DNA of 63,716 nt, the filler included, from Reticulomyxa filosa (Eukaryota; Protista; Foraminifera): the NCBI GenBank assembly GCA_000512085.1. It is 14 parts of 14 records of this genome, joined end to end, with 100 filler letters (N's around TTAATTAATTAA, not from the genome) between each part and the next. Parts side by side here need not be neighbours in the genome. Positions count along the whole stretch, not along the records: positions 1 to 7,904 come from ASPP01007682.1; positions 8,005 to 28,372 come from ASPP01011113.1; 12 more parts are not named here. One strand, 5' to 3'. The notes under the pieces were generated by a model. It did not search any database. It had not been told where the DNA came from and worked only from the letters and a program-made list of their open reading frames with translations. The translations under genes and the position numbers were made by a program. Positions 1 through 12,501 of this stretch are shown in pieces (within the stretch, counting starts at the first letter, position 1; every line of letters starts with the position of its first letter).

Positions 1-2
1 AT

Positions 3-857
3 TGTGGTAAATCATGTACCAATGAATTCAGTTATGATCAAATAGAATTTAGACATGACAAATGGTATTATTTAGATTTTTTTTTGCAGGTAGCTATTCG
101 AATTCTGCATTTTCATGAAAGAAGAGAGGAAAGTGAAATGGAATTGTATTGCGGATTGAAAGGAGTGAGATTTGAGAATATTGAAAAAGAAATAAAGTTT
201 GGATATTTTATTAGTCATGTAAGTACTTCTGATGATATTCAAGTCGCAACGAGATTCAGAAATGATCATGGATGTATCTTACCTTTTCATCCTTCTATGA
301 GACGAGCATTTGGAATATTTAGCTGTGATGTATCATGGATATCTCTATTCAAACATGAACGTGAAATTTTGTTTGCAAGGTCATTTTTAAATTTTATTGA
401 TGATGAGAAAACACATAAAGAGGCAATATTATGGAATGCAAAAGTAGAAAATGAGATAGATATACACAAATGATATTATTGACATAGACACAATATGACG
501 AACATATCCAACAAATTGTACGTGTTAATGAAATGTTTAATTATTCAATTGATTTCAATCTTATTTATTTCATATTAAAATTTAGTAAAAGAAACATGAA
601 TCAAGTAAGTGAATATCTGTTTAAATTTGAAAAATGGAAATGGGAATATAACAGCCAAAAAAAATACAAAGAGAGAATTAATTTATGAAGGGACGTTGCT
701 GTAATCATAATATCAATTTATTTTGTATGTTTCTTTTTGAAAAGATGCTAACTCAGAATGCAATTCACTTTGCAAAGGATCGTACTGTCAACGACGGTTT
801 GCCATTTGTCGAAAAGGATAAAGAAATATATAAAAACAAAATCATATTGAATGTTTG
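3..857 (+). pseudogene. ADP-ribosyltransferase (ART)-fold-like domain protein, 5'-truncated by the window edge and disrupted
   Basis: Frame is open from position 3 (CGKSCTNEFSYDQ...). Motifs ELYCGLKG, FISHVSTS and KHEREILF follow R-S-E ART spacing. After ~460 the reading continues in another frame (YTQMILLT*TQYDEHIQQ), with a frameshift and an in-frame TAG. Confidence 0.6.
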
Positions 858-1655
858 AAAGGAACTAGCACCGATCAATTTTTTTCATAAAAAATAAACA
901 CCTAACTTTTAAAACGTTATCACAAAACGTTTGTAAATTTTTTATTTGCTTTTGAATTTTATTTTGTTTTTCATTGTGCTTGTGTTTTAATGCTATTATA
1001 ATTAAAAAGAAATTTTTGTTGCTTTTTAAAGATAAAAATTGAATAATATGTACAATCAATGGAGAATCTAAAAGTGTGCTCGATTTTTAGCAAAAGTTTT
1101 GAAAATATGAAAAAATTTTATCTTTTGTTATGATTTTTCAAATTAAAAAAAAGCATGTTAGTTATTGAATGTAATAAATCTTAATGTCTTTCTTTTTTTT
1201 GTAAACTTAAGACGATGAATATATAATCACAGCTAAAAAAAGATCTCTCTAAAATGAACTCCTATGAGCATTCATATATTATTCATGAAAAATCAATATT
1301 CATTCAAAATCCTTTTTTATATCATATCAAAAAATTTATTTAGCTTTTGAACTGAACACCAGAAATACCATGCACCATTCATCTTTTTTTTAATTATAAA
1401 ATTTCTTTTACATCTCCTCTCGCCATTCACACTAATACGATTAATTAAATAAAATAATTGTTCAATGTAACGTACATATAAATATCACAACAAAGAATTA
1501 TGGAAGTGTATTGACAATTGATCGTTACTAAACTTACTGTCTGATTCTGAAAGGACTACTTCAAACTTTTGCTACTAACTGGTGTTCAAAAGAAACTTTG
1601 GCAGTTGACAAAGCCAAAAAGGATTGTTATTTTTTGACTGAGTACGAACACAAAA

Positions 1656-4230
1656 ATGGAAACGGAGACAAATAAAAAGACAAGATCGCAAGAGGAGAAA
1701 GGCGAGTGGAAGAAGCTTCTGCTCGTGGCGTTCGTAGCTTTAGCCGTCGGTATCGGCGTTGGTATTGGTGTTGGGCTTGGTATTAACAGACCGTTGTGTG
1801 ATGGCGTATGTATTTTTGAAGAGGGTATTGTTGGTGACGTGCAGTACCCTGTGTGGGACAACACTATTGGTGAGTTGCGAGCACTCAAAAAAAAAAAAAG
1901 CCTCTTCCAATTCGAAATTACAAAAAGTATACGTACAAAAAAAAAAACGCAGCATTGATTTGACTATTTTTTTTTTTTTTTAAAATTTAAAAAAAAAAAA
2001 AGATGGTATTAATGCCACATTATATGGACAATGGCAGACAGTAGTGCCATCAAATGAAAGTGCGACAGTGCAGAACATGTTGGGAATGCAAACGGTACAT
2101 TCGTTGTTACTACCCTCGGGGAAGGTGTTATTTGCGAGTGGTAGTTCTTGGCGTAACTCAAAGGATAAAACACAAGAGTACCCTTACGTAGTGAACCCTC
2201 CAAAGGGACTGGGTTTATTTGACAAAGCAACGGACCCGTTCGAATGGTCAAAAAGCAAGTCATATTACTCAATGGTGCACAGCGTAGGTATTTACGATCC
2301 GGAAAGCAATACCTTTTTCCGAATTCCTCACCCGTTGCCAATCCAGCCAGACCCGGACAATTCGAGTTGGTTTTTGCCGACAGACCTATTCTGTTGTGGC
2401 CAACTGCAGCTCCGTGATGGGAACGCGATGTTAATCGGAGGTACGCAATACTATCGACCGCGATGGACGGGTGCCAAGACGACACACATTTTCAATTGGA
2501 CAAAAGAGTTATCGATTGACTGGACATTATTCGATTGGACGCAAATGCCCAATGAAAGTTCGCCGTTTTATCCCTGGGAATATTCCGGGAACACCCGTCA
2601 CGGACGATGGTACCCCCACGCCTTATCGCTTACCGACGGACGATTGGTTGTGTTTAGTGGTTATACCGGTTACGATTCCACGCAGACGGAAATGTTTGAC
2701 TTTGAGTTTAACACCGACATTGACATTTTTGATTACGAGGAATTCCTGGCAAAGCGTGGTGTGGACGTGAACAGTGGTTGGAAGACAGTGGACGTGAAGT
2801 CATTGGCAAATAGTCCTTTTGCGACAGTACTGCCAAACCCACCCCAGCAATCGATGCTCAACTGCACCGCCACCCCTACCAATCAGCGACAATGCGATTC
2901 GTATAAAAACGACTCGTTCAAACTGTACCCACATAACTACCTGTTGCCCGACGGACGTATCTACCTGACCGGAGAAGGGGACTATAATAGCTTGCGCACG
3001 ACCAACTCCACGTGTATTCGCAGAGTCAACTTTACGTACTTTATGACGGTATCGAGCAATCGCACCCATCCCGCCATCGCATTTGCCCGAGGCCCGGAAA
3101 GACCCGACCAAGGAACCATATCAGGCACCACGGTGGTGGATCCCAACACTGGCAACATTAACCTGTATGGAGGTATGACTATGCCGACATCAGGCACCGC
3201 GTTGCCAGGATTGATTTCGGCTGACAACATAGAACTTGGTACAGACGCCCGCTTTAGTAATCATTTTGCAGGCAGTCGTGGCACGAGGAAACTCGAGGTG
3301 TACACGATGCCAAAGAATATCAACGACATTGGGTCGTGGACGATGGAAGACGAGTATTATCTTGGACCTACGCTGGACGATGATCGCACCATGCTGTATG
3401 CGTTGATTTTGCCGACGAAGCAAATTTTGATCATTTGCGGGGGCAACTTTGACCTGCGAGGATCTGTCATGTCGCCACTGTTGCTGACGCCGATGTATTA
3501 TGACAATGGCCAGTTCAGTGGGGAGTACAAGAAAACACGAATGGCCCCTTCGTCGCAGCCACGTTTCTATCATAGTATTGCCATGCTCTTACCCGATGCT
3601 CGAGTCTTGGTCAGTGGTGGCAACTGCGCTAGGGCCACCATTGATGTGAATGCCCCGGAGAAGTTGGAGAACATTTCTTATGTCGGACAACCCAAACCCA
3701 ATTTGCAACGCATTCAACACGATGTCTATTTCTTCCGTAACGGACTGATGGCAAATGAACCCAATGATGCCCCTACCGAAAATTGGGATATGGAAATTTT
3801 CACTCCTCCTTATTTGTTCATTGATGGCGATCGTCGCACCACCATTGACGATTTTGTCTTGGCGTCCAATGGTCAGACTACGTATACTGTGTCCAAAACC
3901 ATTGCTGGCAAAGTCTACTATTTGATGCATAGCGGCTTGACCTATCACGTGTCCTTGGACAACTTGCCCACTTCGGGGTGCTCCGTCGATGCGGGCTCGC
4001 TGGTCATTATCAAACTCGCCAGTGCCACACATGGCTGGAACTTGGGGCAAATGCTATACTCTTTGCCTTTCCAGGTCGTCTCGTCGAATACCGTTTCATT
4101 CGTCGCGCCGGATCAAAAGGCAAACAATATCGTCCCTGCTTTCTATACCATGTTCTACGTGGATTGCAGGGGAAAACCTTCTTTGTCCATCATGGTGCGC
4201 TTTGATGATGATGCCACTTCGCCCTTTTAA
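1656..4230 (+). CDS. Copper radical oxidase (CAZy AA5; galactose/glyoxal oxidase, GlxA-like) with N-terminal TM anchor and C-terminal DUF1929-like Ig domain; exons 1656-1869 and 2003-4230, ~813 aa
   Basis: GT-AG intron 1870-2002 joins the two ORFs in phase (NTI-D-GINATLYGQW). Catalytic motifs DLFC, GRWYP, RFYHS and ATHG are present. Hydrophobic segment LLLVAFVALAVGIGVGIGVGLGI. Confidence 0.9.
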
Positions 4231-5420
4231 AACTTGCCACAAACAAATATAATTTGTTTGTTTGTTTTTTTTTTTTTTTTGGTTTTTCCCGAGTACTCAA
4301 TTTCTTGTAACTTGTTGGGGTATGTTGGGGGGGGGAGGGGAGGGGTTTGTAAATATCGTCTTCGTTCTGATGATAAACAGAGACTGCGTGAGCTTTTGTT
4401 TGTTTCAAACTAATTCATGACTTGGATCGAAATTTATAAACTTGAAATTTTGCCAATCACTTTCCAAAAAAAAAAATGTCTCTGCAAAGTAAGTCACTCC
4501 GTTTTCTTTTCCCAAATGAGCAAAAGTGCTATACATTTGCATACGTACACTACTCCACATGCTGACAATTGAATTATTTATACGTGTGTTCTGTCACTGT
4601 TGTAAAGTCAAGTTTTCTTGTACACATTTAATTTGATTGCCGATAACTACTTTACATTAATCCGCAATTTTTTTCTTTTTATTGTTTGTAATGCCTGAGC
4701 GAACGAGCAGAGTCAGAAAAGGGTAACCACAAATCTAAAGAAAAAAACTACTTGATCAACGAATGTACGAATCGGTTCAATTCTCTTTGTTTTTTGTAAT
4801 TCAAATTGGATTAATTCAAACCATTATCTTCCTACAAACTCTTTTATTTGCAAAAAAAAATGGAGAAAGTGAAGGGACAAGAAAAATCGGCTCTGAATTG
4901 CGAATTATTTCTAACAATAGGTATCTGCTGAATGATTAAGAAAACCAAAGGAATGTGCAACGTGACAAAGTATAACTTTCCATCTTTTTTTGTTTTAATT
5001 TGTGAACTGCAAAAACAAAATGAGGTTTCTAAAGTTTTTTTTTGTTTTTTTTTTTGAAATACTTAATCGATCAAATAAAACAATGCATTGCGTTAAACAC
5101 TGCAATGCTATTTTAACAGACAACAAGACAAGGACAGTCATTGGACAATTTTCAATGATCAAAGTGATACTTCAAAACGTTTAATAATGATTGACAATGG
5201 CCTTTCGAGGTCACCAGTCGGCTATCGAACAGAATTCAATTTGTGCGGAGCACTCAGTGTTTTAATTGATCCTAGTGTTGACACAGATAAGAAAAGCGCT
5301 TATCCACATTTTGATCGAATTGGCCTTTGCGGAGGGATGAAAAATAAGGATGATGAAAAGAATGATAGAAGCTTTGGACTAACAAATTTGGTAATGTAAA
5401 GTTGCAAACATCAAATTAAA

Positions 5421-6560
5421 ATGACAGAAAAATAAAAAAATAAGTTTGGACAAAAAAAAAAATACTACTTCAGAACATAACAACAAACAGACTGAAAAAG
5501 AGGTTAATATAATTTTGAGTTCCTGGATTCGAAATTCGTTTTTCGGGTGGGGATGGATTATAGAATTTAATCGAATAATTGCAAATTATGTTAAGTCAGA
5601 ATTTGTTCAGAATTTCGGATATACCATTTTATATTTATTTTGAAACTCATTTTCTTTTAAAAATAAAAATTTGACAAGGGTAAGTCATTTAAGCAATTGA
5701 AAGTATTGGAGGGTCATGAAAGCTATGTGAGCGGTGTGAAATTTTCACCAGATGGCAGCAAAATTGTATCAGTATCCTATGATGACACCATCAGAATATG
5801 GGATGTGACATCCGGAAAGGAAATTCGAAAATTGGAAGGCAATTCAAATTGGATCACGAATGTTGATTTTTCATCAGATGGTAATTTGATTGTTTCATGT
5901 GGTGACACCACAATATGCAGAATATGGGATGCAAAAACAGGTGAACAAATCAGAACATTGGAAGGCCATGCAAACTTTGTATCAGTACATTTTTCTTCTG
6001 ATTGCAACACAATTGTGTCATCCTTAAATGATCTCACTATTCGGTTATGGGATGTAATGTCAGGAAAAGAGATAAAGCTATTTACAGGACATCGAAATTA
6101 TATTGCGCAAGCGAAATTTTCACCTGATGGTCAAATGATTGTCTCTGCGTCTGATGATCAAACAATCCAAATATTGGACGTGAAATCGGGTAAAATGCTG
6201 CACAGGTTACAAGGACATACGCACGCTGTTTTAGCAGCTGAATTTTCACCAGATGGCAAAACTATTGTTTCATGTTCTGCTGACAAAACAATTCGAATAT
6301 GGGATCTATCAACAAGAAAAGAGATAAAAATATTAAGGGGCCATTTGCAACGAGTACGAAATGTACATTTTTCATCCGATGGGTTTACGATTGTTTCTTG
6401 CTCAGATGATAACACCCTTTTGCTGTGGGATGTAAAATCGGGACGTGTGGTACAGAGGCTAGAAGGACATACAAAATGCGTAACGGGGGTAGATTTTTCA
6501 CCGTGTTGTGATACAATTGTGTCATGTTCTTTTGATGGAACCATTCGGTTGTGGGGATAA
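5421..6560 (+). CDS. 7-bladed WD40 repeat protein; 2 exons (intron 5590-5678); 1-nt homopolymer frameshift just after the ATG
   Basis: Seven GH...FS(P/S)DG...TIRIWD repeats in ORF 5697-6560. The upstream exon (IILSSWIRNSFFGWGWIIEFNRIIANY) splices in phase 0 to GKSFKQLKVLEGH. Confidence 0.9.
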
Positions 6561-7904
6561 GAAAATAACAAACATAAACGATTTGCAATATGAAAAAACT
6601 AAAAACTAAAAACTGACATACCAATGAGTGTTATTACAAGAACGGTATTTATTTTTTGAAAACTACAAAATAATTGTCTTAAATGACATTATTTTTCATC
6701 TGAATGTAATTATTTTTGTTACAACTAAGACATTCAGCCAAAAAGTTGATACTGATACTTTCAATGACAGCAATTTGCAAAAAGAATCACTAAAGCAATT
6801 AAAAAAATGGAAACAATTTATTATGCAAAGGCATAATGTCACGATAATAAATTTTCATTTATATTTTAAAAAAGTGATCTCTTCATAATGTAGTATGTTT
6901 GAGAATTTTTTTTAGACAATAATTTATTTCATTACATTTTTAAATTGTTGCTTTATTTTTGTATGTTTACCAGTATTTTAAGTTAATAGCTTGTTTCCTT
7001 TATATATTGCTTTTAAGTACAATATGCTACGTAATACAGAGTCGTAGCCGGCCCTTAAATTTTTTATATAAACAAAAATTTTATTATGCTTTGACAGAAT
7101 CAATGTTCTTGATTAGTAAAAAATAACATGTGACGAAAGCAATTAACTTGTCATTTAAACTTCCAGTAGTCGAAAAAACAAGTAAAACGGTCGTAAGGAA
7201 TTATCAAAAACTGCTGAAATTCTATGATCATTTGGAAAATGATAATAATATAAATATGTCGCAAACTGGACGCAATATATAGGAACTATTACAAATGATG
7301 ATTAAACGAAAAACAAAATTGATATAAAAGAAATAACATAATCATCTGAATAAAATGTACAATGGGAAAGTTCAGGAAAGTGATAATCAATATGTTGTAG
7401 AAAATACTGAAAAACTAAAATGCAGTCTTATGTGATTATACACTTTTTTAAAAGCAAATTCAATCTTGAGTGTTTGTTTTATTGTGAAATAAACTTTTTA
7501 TATATTTTTTCAATTGTATTTTTTGTTATTTTAATGAATATTTTGTGTTCTGAATCTTTTTTGTTACGATGATGAATATCTAGCATCAAGTGGATTTAGA
7601 TTTAAATCAAAAATCAATAGTTGATATTATTCGATGACAAAAAAGATAAGTTTCACTATTACAACGTAAATGCAAATTTTATTTAAATTGCAAGCATTAA
7701 AATAAATCAAATGAAAAAATCAACAAAATTCAAAAGAAATAAAAATTATGATATGTTAAAATAGTTCAAATATTTGTTTTCATTGAGAGAATCGATCATC
7801 TTCATAGGTGGCATTTTAGGTATCTAGTTTTTCTGCAACATATTGTAATTGTTGATAATGCAAATACAGTAGGTTGCAAAGAAAACTGAACGCATAAAAC
7901 GATA

Positions 7905-8004
7905 NNNNNNNNNNNNNNNNNNNNNNNNNNNNNNNNNNNNNNNNNNNNTTAATTAATTAANNNNNNNNNNNNNNNNNNNNNNNNNNNNNNNNNNNNNNNN
8001 NNNN
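7905..8004. other. Artificial contig spacer (44N-TTAATTAATTAA-44N). Identical spacers at 28373, 34678, 36136, 40169, 42824, 44057, 54030, 55689, 56964, 58085, 61142 and 62384 (100 bp each)
   Basis: The same 100-bp structure occurs 13 times; the 12-mer puts stops in all six frames. Confidence 0.98.
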
Positions 8005-8655
8005 AAATTTTGATTAAATGTTGCTTTTTCATGGAGAAACACAATTACTCTATAATGTGGCATTTTATGTGCCAACTTTCTTTTTATCTTACTGTATTTG
8101 ATATTATTTATTGCTCTTTCAATTGAACAATGTTTTATTAAATCAAAATGTGACTGCATGTTCGTAATCAAATTATCTATTATATTGGTTTAGGAAGCTC
8201 AGGCACAGAAGTTGTAAGTGTAATACGACAGACGCCCTTTTGAGAGCATCTTCCAATAAAACAAAAATGAGTTAAATAAAGAATGATTAACAACAAGAAA
8301 ACGAAAGAAAACAACAAAAGAAATAAAAAGAGTTGTGAAGGAGTTTAACCTACTGGAGATTCCTCAGGCCCTTTAGAGTTCGGCCATCTACAGTAGGGGT
8401 TTGCTGTACTTATGTTTGTCGTCGAGTTGAATAATTATATTTGTTTATGTACATTTCATGCAATGCCATCGATCAGTGCTTCTGAATATAAACTAACTTG
8501 TTGTTACTTGTGCTATTTTTGCCGAAATATCAAAGATATATTACGTGCCTGTGTTTGTGATATTTTTTTATTTTAAACTGAAGCTTGTGTGCTCGGAAAA
8601 TAGACGGGTATATTTTTTTTTTTTTGTAGATCCTTTTAAGGAAAAAATTGCATAA

Positions 8656-11600
8656 ATGAATATAGGTAATTTACTGCCCAAGCCAGTGGAAGTAAATTCT
8701 GTGGAATCACAATCCTTTGTTACAGGAGATAAATTAGTAGCTGATGAAGAGAATGACGACCATGAGAAAATGACAGGGACAAGAGACAGTGTAGTACTGG
8801 GGACAGAGGAAACGAGTGACATAGACGACAGAGGAATGGGATTGAGCCAAATGAATCGTGTGAGTCAGCGGAAGTGAGACGACGTATTCAATCGTATTTA
8901 GAAGAGAGTGATGAAAACTGCAAGGAATCATCCACATTGGTGGCGATCATCGTAATAGGATTGATAGTGGCGGGAACAGTCATTGGCTACTTACAGCTCG
9001 GAAAAAGCAAGCATGTGACATATAAAGGATCACATGTGGATATCCAACATATCAATGGTTAAGCCAAAGCAAGACAAGGCAAGGCAATAGGATGTATTTG
9101 ATTGTAAACAAACGCTTACCTGAATACACCATACATAGATAGATATATGTATATGTGTATATGGTATGATAGGAGAAAAGCTTGAATGGTGGCAAGAAAA
9201 TGTGGATCGGCTATCGAAAGGCAAAAATGTGTCAATAAAAGAACAATACATAGCACAGCCAATATATCGCAATGACTTGTTGCAATCGATGTATGACGTG
9301 AAGCCGTATCACCCAGTGAATGTGCAAAGCACATTTTTCCATTGGGTTTCGGTGTTGTACGGATTATGGACACCCACTCCCGCCCAATTGGAGTACGCTT
9401 TTTATAACCACTCCTTGGTCGAAAGAGAAATACGACAAGAGGAGGCCGAACACGACGAAATTCTTTTCGTCCAAAATGCGACAGTTGATATCGACAACAC
9501 ATAACTATGAAATACTTTGTGTGCACGGATATACATATATGTATGTATACATATATATACATATATATATATATATATGCATGTATGGGGGTGGGTGGAA
9601 CAAAAAGGCAAATAGAAGAAGAATGCAAAACGAGGCATTAGAAGGGTTAAAAGAGTTGAAATATCTATCGTACGGCAGTAATGTACATTCGATTCGCTAT
9701 CCGGCATCCCCTTCCACGTCCTATGAGGATGATGTGAATCAATGGCATTGTTATTTAGTCCAATTTCTGTATTTGTCCAAAATGTGGTCTGTTTATCCAC
9801 AGGGCTTTACTGTTCGAACGACTTTGCAATTTCACAACTTTGATGTTTGTCTATTTATCTATTTGTCTGTTCGTTGTGTACTTTTATTTGCTTTTATATA
9901 TACATATACATATATGTATATACATGTATATATATATATATATATAAAAGATGGAATCAGGATTCGACTTTGTTCGCGTGTTCGTGAACTCAAAAGAAGA
10001 ACAATTCCTGACGGGCACCTTTGCAGAATCGCCGCGCCTGGACAAGTACTTTACGGCGAAGGACATCGAAGACAACTCGAACAGCATCGAGGTGTGTTTG
10101 AACGTAATCACCGACGAATCGATAACCGGCAAAGGATTTGAGTCGACATTCCGCATCGAATACCAAAATCCACAACGTGTAGAATGGCACAGTGACTTCT
10201 CAGAGCCATGCCACACCGCGCAGCCAAACGGACGAAACCCATCTCGATGGGACGGCACTTGTGGCGTTGGCGTGCAGCGACGTGTCATCTCGCAATGCTA
10301 CTCCGCCAATATATCCAGCGCGAATCTCAATCCTGCGGCGAAATTGCCTCAGGTGTTCTACGGGATGAAGGAACAGGCCATACAATTGGAACAGGGCTAT
10401 TGCAACAAGGGCGACGTCGATGCAAAGTATTGCATTAAGGCAGACTGCGAACACGCAAATACGAAGAAGGCACCGGAGAAAGCCAATCACTTCAATGGCG
10501 TTGGACGCATCGACCCGACATATCCAGACCCATTTGCCGTGTATCGAAGTATCAACAAAGAATTCTCTTTGAATACGATCATAAACGAAGTGCAGAACGC
10601 CATCCTCGCACTGGAAAAAGACACCCCGATAATCGTCTCTTTACATACAGTGTCACCGATTGGGGAAACGGCTTTGAAGAGAGCAAGCTGAGACTGGGTG
10701 TCAAAATGGCACGATCCTTACTTCTTGGAGACTCGTTCACTGTTGCATTCAGCGGCTCTTCCAACACCGCCGGCCATGACAATATGTTTTTAAGCAGCTA
10801 TCCCATGCAATTGCAGTCTTTGTTGCGACCTCTGTGGGTTCGCATTGGATACAAAGGAGCCGCTTTCGTTGTCAAAAATCACGCCATTGGAGGTAGTCTT
10901 GGCACAAGTCAAATCAGTTCGTGTTTGCCTGGTATGTCCTCTTATTTCTCCAAACAACATACAATATCATTATATATACACATATACATGTATCCTTCAC
11001 AACAAGAATATCTGTAACACACACACACACAGAAATTGTTGGAGATGACGCCGATGTCGTCTTTTGGGAAGAGATCATGAACGACGGTGGAAGACCTCCA
11101 CCAAAGGCAATCGAAAATCACATTCGCAATGCCATCACATTGAAACGCAGACCTGTTTGGCACGCAATATTGGCGGGGTCATACAGCGGAGATCCATCTA
11201 CTTTTCGCAAGGTGCAATTAAATTCCGCATACAAGGAGTTGGCAGAATACTATACCAAAGTTGGTGCTGGCATTGTGGAGTTCTTCCCATCCAATGGAAT
11301 CAACCCTCTTGTCAGTCAAGACAACAAATATAGTCCCGATCTCTTGTACGTCACATGGCATCCTGGTCCACGCGGACATCGATACTACGCACAAATCATT
11401 GCGCACTTTTATCTTACCTCTTTGTTATCCGTATTGAAGACGATTCAACCCGCCATTCAAAACGTATCTTTTCCTTTTCCTCTCAATGCTGTACACAATA
11501 ATATATGTGGATGAATGTGAATCTGACACTGACACACAGATGAAAACCACAGTTCCAACATTAGAAATGCACGATTTATTACAAGATATTCCGGCAGACT

Positions 11601-12154
11601 CGATATTGCCTTCAGGAAAATATTGTGGAAAAGTATGCACGTCTGCGAAACGACGCTGGTGCATTTCCGGAATGTTTCCATCGGATTCCAGTCATTTCTT
11701 ACGATGGTATGCCGAGTCCACTCCTTTGCTGTGGCCTTGGCAATCCATCGCAAGCAACGCTCAATCACTGGCAAACATGGACGGTGGGCAAGCGGCAATT
11801 GATGCCAAATATGGCTTCCTTGGAAACGGTCGTTCGCAGACTTTGAAAATCAAAATCAAAACAAGTGACAAAAAATATGTCATGATCCATCGACCTTATG
11901 CCGATTGGAACAGTTTGAAAGAGGCCATTAAAACCATGCGAAGTTGGCTGCATCTGCAAATTGATGGAAAAGATGTGGAATGCATTAGGGCGGGATCCGA
12001 TCAAGCTCAAGACTTGTGGATGGTCGATGACGAATTCAATGTTGGTTGTGTCGTTGCTTTACCTTCCAGCAGCCAAGACAAAAGCATATTAAGTATCCTT
12101 ATTAGTGGTGATATCACCCAAAATATTCCAATTTGGGCTATTTCAACTTTTTAA
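8656..12154 (+). CDS. Type II membrane protein with a CUB domain and an SGNH/GDSL-like hydrolase domain; ~6 exons; two apparent 1-nt frameshifts (~8872, ~10667)
   Basis: TM segment LVAIIVIGLIVAGTVIGYL. CUB signature IRYPASP..Y....LQFHNFD/MESGFDFVRV...ITDESITGKGF. SGNH blocks VAFSGSSNTAG, NHAIGG, WEEIMNDG and WHPGPRGH. GT-AG introns at about 9058-9172, 9484-9608, 9845-9950, 10932-11032 and 11464-11539. Confidence 0.72.
9530..9585. repeat. Intronic (TA)n/TATG-CATA microsatellite; similar tracts at ~9896-9946, 28473-28520, 34635-34677, 58790-58825, 59130-59160 and 59775-59812
   Basis: Directly visible alternating purine-pyrimidine tracts, all inside inferred introns; two abut contig breaks. Confidence 0.85.
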
Positions 12155-12501
12155 TCTCCATCTTCTTCTTTTTATGTTTTGTTTCTTTGAGCTTATCCTC
12201 GAAATTTGTCGTTTTGGATGCAATTTTTTTTTCCTCCTCCACATGAACACATTTCATTTAACAGCCTTTGAAACAACGAATTGTGCCTAGTTTTTTAATT
12301 TCTTTTGATTCCAAGTCCACTCCATATTTCTTAAAGGTTTTTTTTTTTTTTTTGACTATTTGGTGTTGGGGATCGCAGATTTTCTAAAGAAAGCATTAAT
12401 ACATATTCACCAACGTCAAAAAGCAAATTTCGAAGCCTTTTCTTTTATTAGAGAAAACTGTTTCTTTACAGCTTAACGTGTGAACGTGTTTTTTTTTTGT
12501 C

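Noticed and set aside
2003-4230. AA5 gene as bacterial contamination
   Set aside because: It has a host-style spliceosomal intron and shares a contig with host-type WD40 and ART-like genes.
5187-5399. 70-aa ORF upstream of the WD40 gene
   Set aside because: No recognisable motif or convincing splice link.
9320-10141. 273-aa ORF containing YIYIHI runs, and similar Y/I/M/H/K/F-run ORFs elsewhere
   Set aside because: Read-through of microsatellite or homopolymer introns; only part of each ORF is exon.
10662-10669. GGGAAAC as a -1 ribosomal slippery site
   Set aside because: The heptamer is out of register with the upstream frame (GGG GAA ACG); a missing A explains the shift more simply.
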